Shown here piece by piece: positions 30,617 through 47,348 of a stretch of 64,000 nt of DNA. The notes beneath the pieces are model-generated. The model saw nothing but the letters and a program-made list of their open reading frames with translations, did no database searches and was not told the origin of the DNA. Position 1 is the stretch's first letter. Each line of letters opens with the position of its first letter. Origin of the DNA: Stegostoma tigrinum (lineage: Eukaryota); contig NC_081391.1 of NCBI RefSeq assembly GCF_030684315.1, forward strand, positions 21,040,629-21,104,628, in the 5' to 3' direction. The position numbers and the translations under genes are program-made.

Positions 30617-32382
30617 ATGGGGTCAATATCTATATCTGTTGTACATGGTGACCTCATTCTACTAAATGACTAGTTGTTCTCTGAGCAAATTAAAAGAGTG
30701 TTCACCATGGAACTGAGTACAGTGTGTAATTTTCATAGCTTCTGGTTCTTGGAGGTTTTTTGTGTTTTAACATCTGGTAATCAAATCCATTTTCTGTTCT
30801 TTCTTGCAACCTTTGATTCAATGCCTGCCCCAGTAATTTGCTCGGTGTTTGCTTCTGCTGAGCGTCTGTCTGTAGGGATTGAGTGGGCAATCTTGTCCTT
30901 GGAAATGCCACAACTGGCAAATATCTGCATTGCAGACAATGCCAGAACAAAATCTGTCCTCAGCTTTCCCAGGACAATTTTTCAGGACCAGCTTCGGCTC
31001 AAAACCATGACTGAAATCTGTCCTGTGCCTAAACATTAGGCATTGCCAAGGCCCGTCCATTCATTCAATCTTCAGCATTTTTGGAAAAACCAAGCTGACA
31101 CTGGAAACCAGGAACAAAAGCTGCTGGGAAATCTCAGGTTTGGTAGTGAGAAGTGTTGAACAGAACCGGGACATGAGACACGTGTTTATCTCTTGACTGA
31201 TTTTGTTGCCAGGCCATGAGGTGTTTTCCACCTACTTGTTCTCTTGCTTAAATCCTACTGACTTTAATAGGTCACAAAATTCCTCATTACAAGAATATAA
31301 AGTTGACCAATCGTGCAAGGTACACCTGCTTTTCTGCAATTGCTTACCATTTACATGTTTCCTGCGCTAGAGAATTGTTTCTCTAGTATGTCCTTTCCAT
31401 TCAGTAGAATGAAAGCTCTGCTTTCTCCCTGACAATGCTAATGACTATGGCCTCTATTAGGCAATGAAGCAGTGCCCACCTTCTAAAGCATCTGCTGTAA
31501 CTCCTGTCCTTGCTCTGCAATGCAAAGGTGACAAATGCTGAGGACACCTGATGACAATAAAGCTAAAAACAAAATACCACTTGCAGAAGTCAGTAGTTCC
31601 AATTTCCTTTACATTTAATTGTGAAGAAAATCAGCTTTCTGATGTAATCTGGCCTCCATGTGGCTCCACACACGCTGCATTGGGTCTAGCTCATTGCTGT
31701 CAATCACAATCAGTCACTGGTTTCTAATGGGTGACCACTGACAATTCCTTGACAGGATAAGGATGTCACTGACCAGGCAGCATTTATCCTCTGTCTGAAC
31801 TGCCCATGGGACAATTAGTCAACCACAGTGCTTTAGGCTTGGTGTCATATACTGGCCAGACCAGGTAAGGATGGCAGTTTGGCAGTTCCCTTCCCTAAAT
31901 GACTTCAGTGAAAAGGATATTTTATTCAGACTAGGAATTGCATGCTCATTTTTAGGTTCATAATGCCCAAAGAGAGTTTTTCAGACAGAATCAGGACAAT
32001 GGGCCTCAGTCCCACACTCCAGAAGCTTAACAGTTGCCAGCTCAGAGCAGCCACGAGATTCACTCCTTCCACCACTGACACACAGGGACTGCAATGTGTA
32101 CTATCACCAAATGTTGTAGAAATCCACCAAAGCTCCTTAGACAACACACGTGCTGTTAGATATTTATTGTGTAAGGCTTGACTTTGACAATCACTTTCTA
32201 ATTTCAACACTAAAAATATGTGAATAACACATTTTGTTTGAGAAACATAGAAAGACAAAACAGGCTCAATGTTCCAAATCTGATGTGAGTACAGGAGCAG
32301 AGAGACTTTGGGTTTCAAATATGTGATTATCTGAAAGTGACCAGCCAAGATGATGCTGTTATTGAGAAGGCTGTGGTGAACC

Positions 32383-33310
32383 AAGCATGTGGATGAGGGA
32401 AGGGCAGTTGACGTGGTGTAATTGGACTTCAGTAAAGCCATTGATAAGGTTTCACATGGTAGGCTATTGGAGAAAATACAGAGGCAGAGAATTGAGGGAG
32501 ATTTAGCAGTTTGGATTAGAAACTGGCTTTCTGTAAGAAGGCAACGAGTGGTGGTTGATGGAAAATATCCAGCCTGGAGTCAGGTCACTCGTAGTGTGCC
32601 TCAAGGATCTAATTTAGGACCACTGCTGTTTGTCATTTTTATAAATGTCTTGGACGCAGGCATAGGTGGATGGGTTAGTAAGTTTGCAGATGACACTAAA
32701 GTCGGTGGAGTGGTGGACGGTGTGGAAGAATGTTGCACGTTGCAGGGAGACTTGGATAAACTGCAGAATTGGGCTGAAAGGTGGCAAATGGAGTTCAATG
32801 CAGATAAATGTTCTGGTCACCCCATTACAGGAAGGATGTGGAAGCATTGGGAAAGGTGCAGAGGAGATTTACCAGGATGTTGCCTGGTCTGGAGCGCAGG
32901 CCCTATGAAGAAACGCTGAGGGACTTGGATCTGTTCTCATTGGAGAGAAGTAGGCTAAGAGGGGATTTAATAGAGACATACAAGATGATCAGAGGATTAG
33001 ATAGGGTGGACAGTGAGAGTCTTTTTCCGAGGATGATGACTTCAACTTGTACAAGGGGGCATAGCTACAAATTGCGGGGTGATACATTTAAGACATTTGT
33101 CAGAGGCAGGTTCTTTGCTCAGAGAGTGGTAAGGGCGTGGAAAGCCCTGCCTGCCAATGTAGTTAACTCAGCCACGTTAGGGGCATTTAAACATTTCTTG
33201 GATAAGCATATGGATGGTGACGTGATTGTGTAGGAGGTGGGGCTTGGATTAGCTCACAGGTCGGCGCAACATCGAGGGCCGAAGGGCCCGTTCTGCGCTG
33301 TATTGTTCTA
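32383..33310 (+). mobile_element. 5'-truncated CR1 LINE with internal 262-bp deletion and TGAACC TSD
   Basis: DFSKAIDKV, VPQGSNLGPLLF and KFADDTK motifs. TSD at 32377-32382 and 33311-33316. Deletion junction at 32810. Confidence 0.92.
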
Positions 33311-35427
33311 TGAACCTTGTGTTTTCAAATTGAGGCATCGAGTATAAAAGCAAGGAATTGATGATACCCCTCTACAACTCATTGGTTAGACCACATTTGC
33401 AGTGATGTGCTCAGTTCTGGGCGTGGCTTTTAAGGAAGGGCATGCAAGCCCTGGACAGAGTTCAAAGGTGATTTATAATAATGACACCTGGAATGGGGAA
33501 TTTCAGACACACGGAAAGATTAAAGAAATAGCGCTTATTCTCCTTGGAGCAAGGAGCACTTGTTGAAGTGATCAAAATTATCACCAATTCTGTCAGGGTA
33601 AAGGGGGATATTCTGTTTTCACCAGTGGATACGTTAGTGACGAGGGGTCACAATTTGTCAGTGAGGGAGCTCACAGTGAGAGGAGGAGAAACCTCTTCAC
33701 TCAGAAAGTTGGTAGGGTTTGGTATGCGTAGCTGACAGGAGTGATGGACGCAGATTCCGTAGGTGGCTTTAGAAAAGCAGCTGTATACATATATGGAAGT
33801 GGCAAATTTAGAGGGATACAGACATAGGGCTGGAGAGTGGGGCTGCGTGTGGAATGCTTTCAGAAACTGAATCAGGCACGATGGGCCAAATGGCCTCCTA
33901 TCATTAAAAATCCTCTGCATGTTCCCCCAGGAAATTCTCAGAGTTTGGAGAGGGGCTTTGTACTCCTCTCAGTGGGCACCTGTACAAGGCACCTTTAATG
34001 TGGGAAAGCTGTTACACATCAGCAGAGACATGGTCCTTTACACAAGGTAGACCCAGTTCCACTGGCAAAGAAATGTTGACTGGGGATCCCCCCACTGCTG
34101 ACCTTCACCCACCGTCACAGCCAACGATAGCACACGCCTATCTTCCACCTGGATGGCCGTTGGGAACTTGTTTTGCATTGCACTTTACCAGGACCCTCCC
34201 CTCGATCGTACCGTCCTGGGTGGCCCTGCCAGGAGGTGAAATCCTCTTCAGGTATCACTCTCAGAACAAACAGAACACTCGAGGCTCTCCATCACTGCGA
34301 GGTGACAATCCACAGGCAGGAGCTGGAGGCAGGGAGATGCTGCTCAGGTACAGACCCATCACAGAATCGGAGAATTGTTGTGGCACAGCAGGCGGCCATT
34401 CGGTCCTTTGTGCCTGCACCTGTTCTGGTTGTTTTCTAATTCTGCCTGTAAAGATGTTACAAAATCTCTGGATCTGGTATGGACTTGGACCAAGGCTTCC
34501 TGGTCCACAGCTAGGGACATTACCCCTGCATCACAATACCCTGGCTGCACTGGTTGTACAAACTTAGAATCATCGAAAAAAAATTGTTGGATTCGGCCAT
34601 TCAGCCCCCTCCAGACTGCTCTGCCATTCCATGTGATTGTGGCTGATTCCATAACTCAGTCCCATCTTCCCACTCTCTCTCCATACTCTTTGATCCCTGC
34701 AGCCCTCAAAGCTACACCCAACTGCTCCTGGAAAACATTCAAAGTTTTGGCCTCAAATGTTTTCTGTGGCACAGAATTCCACAGGCCCCCCACTCTCTCG
34801 GTGAAGAGATTTCTCCTCATCTCAGGCCTAAATGTGTACTTAGGCTGTGACCCCTGGTCCTGAACTTTTCCATCATCAGGAACATCCTTCCTGTCTTTTC
34901 CACAGCTGACACTGTTACAATTTTCAATGACCCCGAGCCAATTTCCCATCTTTCTTTCCCAAATCCCAGCACAACAGGCTGAGAAACTGACACTCCCCTT
35001 CCTCAATGAGTCCCTTGTGCAGTTGATCACAACCACCATAATTTAAAAACAAAACGAGCAATCTTTTCTCAAACCATATTTACTTCTTTCAGAAAAGAAC
35101 CAAATGACCTATGACCTGATTGAGTGGTGCAGAAGGTTTGAGATGCCGAATGGCCTCCTGCTGTTCCAATCACAGAATAACCATCCAGACCTGGCTCTCA
35201 TCTCCACCTCTGATCAGCTCTGCTTAACACACCCTCCCCCTCTCTCTCATTGGTGCCTCTATGCAGGGGTGGTTCCTGATTGGCTAGCAGCAACTGTCAG
35301 TCATCATCAGTTCTGCCTCTCTCTGTGTGACTGCAGGATGGTCCCAGGACTATAAATACAAGAGCCTGTGGGAGAGAGAGACTTAGTTCTAGAGTTTTCT
35401 TGGTGCTTGTGAGCAGGAATAGTGAAG

Positions 35428-37821
<2,394 letters not shown>

Positions 37822-39903
37822 GTGAGGTCAATAATGTGTCTGTTGTACATGGTGACATAATGCTAGTAACTTGGTTGTGCTCTGAGCAAATTAAAATAGT
37901 GTTCACCATGGAACTGAGTACTTTGTATAATTTCACAGCTGCTTCTGGCTCTTGGTATTGCTGTTTGACACCTGATCATTAATTCCTTTTCTGTTCTGAT
38001 TAACCTTTGATTCAATGCCTGCCCCAGTCGTCTGCTCCTTTTCTCTCGTTTGTAGGAATTAGGTGGGCAATCCTCGCAGTGGAAATTCCACAAGTGTTCA
38101 ATTTGGGTTTTTGGCTAGTAAGCAGTGTTGTATTGACTTTTTTATTCCAAACCAGCTTCTAGTCAATATCTTCAGTGAAACCAGCCCCCTGTCTCAATGT
38201 TAGACACTGCCCTTGGCAATGTTCAAGTCTCTTTTGTAAATAAGCAGGGGCAGGAAATAGCAGGTTTGGGGAGCATCTGTGGAGAGAACTGTTCTCAGTC
38301 CCAGGACCCAAGATACAGTCACATCTCGTGACAGATGTTGCCAGACCTGTGAGGCTTTCCAGCAATTTTTTTGTCGCACTTCAAATCTAGCAATTTGAGC
38401 ATACTTTCACTCTTTTGAACAGGAATATATAGTGGAACATCCAGCATCTAAGATGCACTGATCTTTAGCACTTTAGATAAGCAATTGTTTCCAGAGCTGG
38501 GAAATAGTTTACTCTCTTTTGCTGCAGTGGGGGAAGGAGTAAGGGCACTGCCTGATTGTAGGAGAATGGCAAAATTTGTTTTCTCGTGTATCAGTCTTTC
38601 TGCTTTTAGACAATGATCCTCATTATGTAATGCAGCAGTGCCCACCTTGGAGCCCCTGTGGTAGAACTTCTATCATTGCTCTGCAATGTAGAGATGCCAA
38701 AGGCTCAGGACACCTAGTAAAAATAAAGCTAGAATGCAAATGCCACTAGCAGAAAGCAGCAGTTTGTGTGCTTAGCAAGGAAATAAGCTCTCCTGATCTA
38801 CGCTGACCGGCATGTACCTCCACCTGCAATGTGCTATGGCTGCCTAATTACTGGTGCTCAGGGGTGACAGTTTCCTTTTATTTAAAGGATGAGGATGTCT
38901 CTGAGCTGACACCATTTATTTATCCATTGCTCATTGTCCCCAAGGCCAGGTCAAAGTCACACACGTGGCTGTGGTTGCAGCGTCATACGCAGGCCAGGTA
39001 AGGATGGGTTTTTGACACTGAATATAATGCTCCTCATCAGCTTCTTAATTCTAGAACTCCAGAGAGTTGTCGCACAGAATTAGGAGATCATTCCACCACT
39101 CCAGAAACTTGATGGCCTCCAGCAGCCACTAGATGCATTCTTTGCACCACTGACACACACGGAGTACACTGTGTACTGCCTCCCAAAAGCTGGAGAAATC
39201 CACCAAAGCTCCTGAGAATACTTTCCAAAGCCCTAATTACTTGCCATGGGAGAAAGGCATCTGATACAGGGGAAAACCACCCCCTCTAAGTTCTCCATCA
39301 AGCTACCTGCCATCCTGAGTTGGAAACACAACACCCCATTCTCCAGTGTTGGTGGATCAGAATCCTGGAATTCCCTCACTAGGAACATTGTGGATCTGAC
39401 TACAGCAATTAAAGAAGGAAAGCCACCCCATTCTCTCATGGTGGGTGTGATCTCCGAGCGGGTCAAATACCTCTGGCTGGGCCGCCTTTTGTGAAATTGT
39501 CAAGTTCTAGCTCAACTCCATCTCGAGTGCATGGTTCTAGTAGGTTCAATCCAAAGATGCTTATGCACAGAATTTCTGGAATGAACCTGGGCAGAAAGTT
39601 AATTGGCTACGATGATAATCGTTTTCCCAAGTCCCTCGATGTAGAAGTGGACGGGATGTCTGTGCTTGAAATTTACAAGTGGATTCATGGATTTGACAGG
39701 GTAGATAGAGAGATCCTGCTTCTTTTCAATTCACATCCAGGACTGAGAGGGGGGAATATGATTACATTCCTAGCAGTAGAAGTAAATCATCCATGATAAA
39801 GCAAAAAACAGCTGCTTTTTGGAAAGGATAATATGTGAATGAGCAGTTAGATATTTATTCGGTAAGATGTTGATGTTGCCAATCACTTTCCCATTGGAAC
39901 ATA

Positions 39904-41079
39904 TGACCAAACAGGTAGATGAGAGTAAACCGGTTGATGTGGTGTATATGCATTTCGGCAAGGCGTTCGATTAGGCTCCCCACAGTAGGCTATTGTACAA
40001 AATGCGGAGGAATGGGATTGTGGGAGATATAGCAGTTTGGATCAAAAATTGGCTTGCTGAAAGAAGACAGGGTGGTGGTTGATGGGAAATGTTCATCCTG
40101 GAGACCGGTTACTCGCGGTGTACCGCAAGGGTCCGTGTTGGGTCCACTGCTGTTTGTCATTTTTATAAACGTAGAAGGATGGGTTAGTAAATTTGCAGAT
40201 GACACTAAGGTCGGTGGAGATGTGGGTAGTGACGAAGAATGTTGTAGGTTACAGAGAGACGTGGATAAGTTGCAGAGCTGGGCTGAGAGGTGGCAAATGG
40301 AGGTTAATGCCGACAAGTGTGAGGTGATGCACTTTGGTAGGAGGAACCGGAAGGCAAAGTACTGTAAGATTCTTGGTAGTGTAGATGAGCAGCGAGATCT
40401 CGGTGACCATGTACACAGATCCTTGAAAGTTGCCACCCAGGTTGACAGGGTTGTTAAGAAGGCATACAGTGTTTTAGCTTTTATGAATACAGGGATCGTG
40501 TTCCGGAACCAAGAGGTTATGCTGCAGCTGTACAAAACTCTTGTGCGGCCGCACTTGTAGCATTGCGTACAGTTCTGGTCACCGCATTATAAGAAGGATG
40601 TGGAAGTTTTGGAAAGGGTGCAGAGGAGGTTTACTGGGATGTTGCCTGGTATGGAGGGAAAGTCTTACGAGCAAAGGCTGAGGGACTTGAGGCTGTTTTC
40701 GTTAGAGAAAAGAAGGTTGAGAGGTGACTTAATTGAGACATCTAAGATAATCAAACGGTTAGACAGGTTGGATAGGGAGAGCCTTTTTCCCAAGACGGAG
40801 ACAGCGAGCACGAGGGGCATAGCTTTAAATTGAGGGGTGAAAGATATACGACAGATGTCAGAGGTAGTTTCTTTACTCAGAGAATAGCAAGGGTGTGGAA
40901 CGTTTTGCCTGCAACGGTAGGAGATTCACCAACGTTAAGTACGTTTAAGTTGTCATTGGACAAGCATATGGACGTACATGGAATAGTGTAGGTTAGATGA
41001 GCTTCAGATCGGTATGACAGGTCGGCACAACGTCAAGGGCCGAAGGGCCTGTACTGTGCTGTCATGTTCTCTGTTCTAT
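39904..41079 (+). mobile_element. 5'-truncated CR1 LINE (duplicate of 14043-15218)
   Basis: Same RT motifs. TSD AACATA at 39898-39903 and 41080-41085. Confidence 0.92.
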
Positions 41080-41731
41080 AACATAAAAGATGAATGCATT
41101 TAAGATTATTTTCATTAGAAGGGTGATGGGGTCTGGGGGGAACCTGACTGAGGTCAACAAAATCATGAGAACTATAGACAAGGTGAATAGCAAGAAGCTT
41201 TTTCCCAGAGTCGGGGATTCAATGACTCGGAGTCATGAGTTCAAAATAAGAGCAAAGTTTAGAGGGGATTTGGTTAGATTGCCTACAGTGTGGAAACAGG
41301 CCCTTTAAGCCAAAAATGTCCACACTGGCCCTTGAAGCATCCCACCAAAACCCCCCACACTTCTGAACGCTACGGGCAATTTATCATGTGGATGTGTGGC
41401 AAGCTCTTTACGCAGAGGTTGGAGGGTGCCTGGCACACTTTGCCTGTGGAGGTGGTAGACGAAGTCACGCAAGTGTCTTTTTAAGATGTATCAGGACAGG
41501 TACATGGATGGGCAGGGAGCAAAGGGATACTGACCCTAGAAAAGAGATGACAGACTTACACAGGATCTCGATCGGTGCAGGCTTGGAGGGCCGAAGGGCC
41601 TGTTCCTGTGCTGTGATTTTCTTTGTTCTTAAATGTGGAATCAAGATAGTGACCAGGTTAGTTTCTGATTGAGGAGTGCCATTGATTAACATCAGATATG
41701 TTTCCCTTTCCTGCCTTTCTCTTCCCCACGG

Positions 41732-42941
<1,210 letters not shown>

Positions 42942-45900
42942 ATGGGGTCAATATCTATATCTGTTGTACAAGGTGACCTCATTCTACTAAATGACTAGTT
43001 GTGCTCTGAGCAAATTAAAATAGTGTTCACCATGGAACTGAGCACAGTGTGTAATTTTCATAGCTTCTGGTTCTTGGAGCTTTTTGTGTTTTAATGTCTG
43101 ATCATCAATCCTTTGTTCTTTGTGACAAGCTTTTGATTCAATGCCTGCCCCAGTAACTTGATCAGTGTTTGATTCTGCTGTGTCTGGGGATTGAGTGGGC
43201 AATCCTTTTATTGGAAATTCCATAACTGGTAAGGTTGTTGACAGATAAATCAGCATTACTGACATGTACTCACAGGGACAAGTTTGCAGGACCAGCTTCT
43301 AATCAATACACTGACTGAAATCATTCCTTTGCCTAAAGGGTAGGCACTGATCTAATGCACTGCCCTTGGCCATGTGTTTGCATCTCTTTTAAATAAGGAG
43401 ATTCTGGAAACCAGGAACACAACCTGCTGGGAAATCTCAGGTTGGGCAGCATTGGTAGGGAGAAGGGTTGAACAGAACCTGGACATGAGACACTCAATCA
43501 TCTCTTGATTGACTTTGTTGCCTGACAGTGAGGTGTTTTCCAGCAATTTGTTCTCATGCCTAGATGTTAGTGATTTTAGTAGTTTGTAAAATTCCTCCTT
43601 ACAAGACTAAGATACAATGCTTTTCCACAGTCTCTTTTTTTCTTTGACATAAGCAATTGCTCATGTCATTGTTCCCAGAGCTAGGGAATTAGTTTCTTCA
43701 GTATTTCCTTTATACATGTAGGAGAAGGAAAAATCTACCTTCTCTTAGAATGCTAACGTCTAGGAACGGCCATGCGAATGAAGCGGTGCCCACCTCGTTC
43801 CCTGTGTGATAATTTCTATTATTACCCTGCAACGAAGAGGTGACAAATACTGAGGATGCCTGGTGGAAAATCAAGCTAAAATACAAATACCAGGTGCAGA
43901 ATCGGCAGTTCCAATTTTTACGTTTATTAATCTTCAGCAGGAGAGCTGATCTGGCTGACCTGTGACTCCAAACAGTGCACTGTGGTGGCCTAATCACTAT
44001 CAATCAGCCCTGAATTACAATGTGACTGGTTTGTGTAAGTGCTTTAACAGGATCAGGCTATCACTGACAGGCAGCATTTATTATCCATCTCTGATTACCC
44101 ACCCAGCCCATGAGTAATTCAAATTAAACCCCTTTGCTCTGCCTGTGGCGTTACGCAAAGGCCCGATCAGGTAAGGATGGCAGTTTCTTACGAACAAGGA
44201 CATTAGTGAACCAGAAGAGGCTTGTTTGGACCATCTCTTCTGGAAAGAGAATGATGTGCATGAAATTCTGTCAAGTCAGACAGTATCAGGATTACAGGTG
44301 TCAGTCTAACACTCCAGAATGTTGACAGCCTCCAGCAAACGAGCAGCCACTTTCGTCTATCCTTCCACCACTGACATACGCAGAGACTGCAATATATACC
44401 ATCTACCAAATGCTGTAGGAATCCACCAAAGCTCCTCAGCCAACTTCTTAAAACCGTAACTACTTTCCATCGGACAAGGGCAGATGATATGTGGGAACAC
44501 CACGTTCTACACCAAACCACCGATCAGCTGGTGTTGGAAACATCGCTCCCAGGTTCCCTCCCTAACAGCAGTATGGGTTTGATTACACCAAATGGGCAAC
44601 AGTAATGCAAGAAGGCAAGGCACCACATTCTCTAAACTAATGTTGGCCCTGATCTCTGAGGGGTTCAAATACCTCTGGATGAAGAGGTTTTGGTGAAATG
44701 GTCAAGTTCCTGTTCAACCACAGCCGGAGTGCACAGTTCTGGCAGGTTCGACCCAAAGATGGTTATGCACAGAATTTCTGGAAGTAACCTGGACAGAGTG
44801 ATGGTTAATTCATGATAACGGCTTGTCTAGTCCCTCTGTGTCGGAAGTTAAGGGATGGCTGTAATTGATAATTTTCAGAGGATTAATGGATTTGACAGGG
44901 TAGAGAGGAAAGAACCCATTTCTTCTCAATGATCATCTCGGACTGTGCGCAGAATGGGATGACAATCTTCACATTAGAATTACATCATCCAGGATAATAT
45001 CAAAAACAATTTCTTTGTGGAAAGGACAATATCTGCACACACAGATATTTACTGCACAAGGTTTGATGTTGCCAATCACTTTCCAATTTCAACAAAAAAA
45101 AGTGAGTAATGCATTTTTGTCGAAGAAACACAAAGTCAAAACAGGCTCGATGTTACAAATCTGATGTGAGTACAGGAGCTCAGCGACTTTCAGTTTCAAG
45201 TATGTGATTATCTGAAAGTGGTCAGGCAGGATGAAGCTGTTATTAATGGAGATTGAGCCACTTTTGTGAACCTTGTGTTTTCAAATTGAGGCATCGAGTA
45301 TAAAAGCAACGAATTGATGTTACACCTCTACAAATCATTGGTTAGACCACATTTCCATTGTGTACTCAGTTCTGGGCGTGACATTCAAGGAAGGATGTGA
45401 AAAACCTCAAAAGTGTTCAAAGGTGATTTATTACGATGACCCCAGGAATGGGGAATTTTAGATACACGGAAAGATTAAGGAAAATGGGGGAAATCTCCTT
45501 GTAGGTGACCTTATTGACGTGATCAAAACTATGATCAATTTTGTCAGAGTAAAGCAGGATATTCTGATTTCAGCAGTTGACTTGTCAGTGACGAGGGGTC
45601 ACAGTTTGTCAGTAGGGGAGATCAGAGTGAAATGGTTAGAAAACTCTTTGCTCAGAAAGTTGTTCGGATTTGGAATGTGCTGCCTGGGAGAGTGACGGAG
45701 GTCGATTCCATGGTTGGTTTCAGAACAAGAGTTGGATATGTCCTTGGAAGTGACGAATTTAGAGAGTGACAGAGATAGGGCTGGAGAGTGAGACTAATCA
45801 GGTAGCTCTTTCAGAAGCTATTACAGGAACGGTGGGCTGAACGGCCTCCTGTTGTGAAAAACGCTCTGAATTTCCACTCAGGAAATTCTGAGAGTTTGGG

Positions 45901-47348
45901 GACGGGGTTTGAATTCCACCTGTAGAAGGCACCTTTAATGTGGGAAAGCTGTTACACGCCAGCAGAGACATGGTCCTTTACACAAGGTAGACCCAGTTCC
46001 ACTGGCAAAGAAATGTTGACTGGGGATCCCCCCACTGCTGACCAACACCCACTGTCACAGCCAACGATCGCACACACCTATCTTCCACCTGGATGGCCGC
46101 TGGGGACTGGTTTTGCATTGCACTTTATCAGGACCCTCCCCTCGATCGTACCATCCTGGGTGGCGCTGCCAGGAGGTGAAATCTTCTTCAGGTATCACTC
46201 TGAGAACCAACAGAACACTTGAGGCTCTCCATCACTGCGAGGTGACAATCCACAGGCAGGAGCTGGAGGCAGGGAGATTCTGCTCAGGTACAGACCCACC
46301 ACAGAATCGGAGAATTGTTATGGCACAGCAGGAGGCCATTCGGTCCTTTGTGCCTGTACCTGTTCTGGTTGTTTTCTAAATCTGCCTGTAGAGATGATTT
46401 AAGATCTCTGGATCTGGTAGGAACTTGTACCAAGGCCTCCTGGTCCACAGCTAGGGACATGACCCCTTAACCACAAGACCCTGGCTGCGCTAGTTGCACA
46501 AACGTGGAATCATAGAAAATAAATGTTGAGTCGGCCATTCATCCCTTCCAGCCTGCTCTGCCATTCCATGTGATTGTGGCTGATTCCATAACTCAGCACC
46601 ATATTCTCACCCTCTCTGCATTCCCTTTTGATCCAGCCCTCAAAGCTCTCCCCAATTCCTGTTTTGGCTTCAATCCTTTTCTGTGGCAGAGAATTCCACA
46701 GGATCCACCACCCAGCCCCCCGAGGTGAAGAGATTTCTCCTCACCTCAGTTCTAAATGTATCCTTAGACTGCAAACCCTGGTCCTGAACTCCCCCATAAT
46801 CAGGAACATCCTTCCTGTCTTTTCCACAGCTGACACTGTTACAATTTTCTATGACCCAGAGACAATTTCCCAACTTTCTTTCCCAAATCCCAGCATAACA
46901 AGCTGAGAAACTGATGCCCCTCTTCCTCATTGAATCCCTCATGCAGTTGCTCACAACCACCTTAATTAAAAAAAATGTGAAAACTTTTCTCAAACCAAAT
47001 TGACTTATTTTAAAAAAGAACCAAATAACACACGACCTGAGTGAGTGGTGCAGAAGGTTTGAGATGCCGAATGGCCTCCTGCTGTTCCAATCACAGAATA
47101 ACCATCCAGACCTGGCTCTCATCTCCACCTCTGATCAGCTCTGCTTAACACACCCACCCCCTCTCTCTCATTGGTGCCTGTATGCAGGGGTGGTTCCTGA
47201 TTGGCTAGCAGCAACTGTCAGTCATCATCAGTTCTGCCTCTCTCTGTGTGACTGCAGGATGGTCCCAGGACTATAAATACAAGAGCCTGTGGGAGAGAGA
47301 GACTTAGTTCAAGAGTTTTCTTGGTGTTTGTGAGCAGGAATAGTGAAG

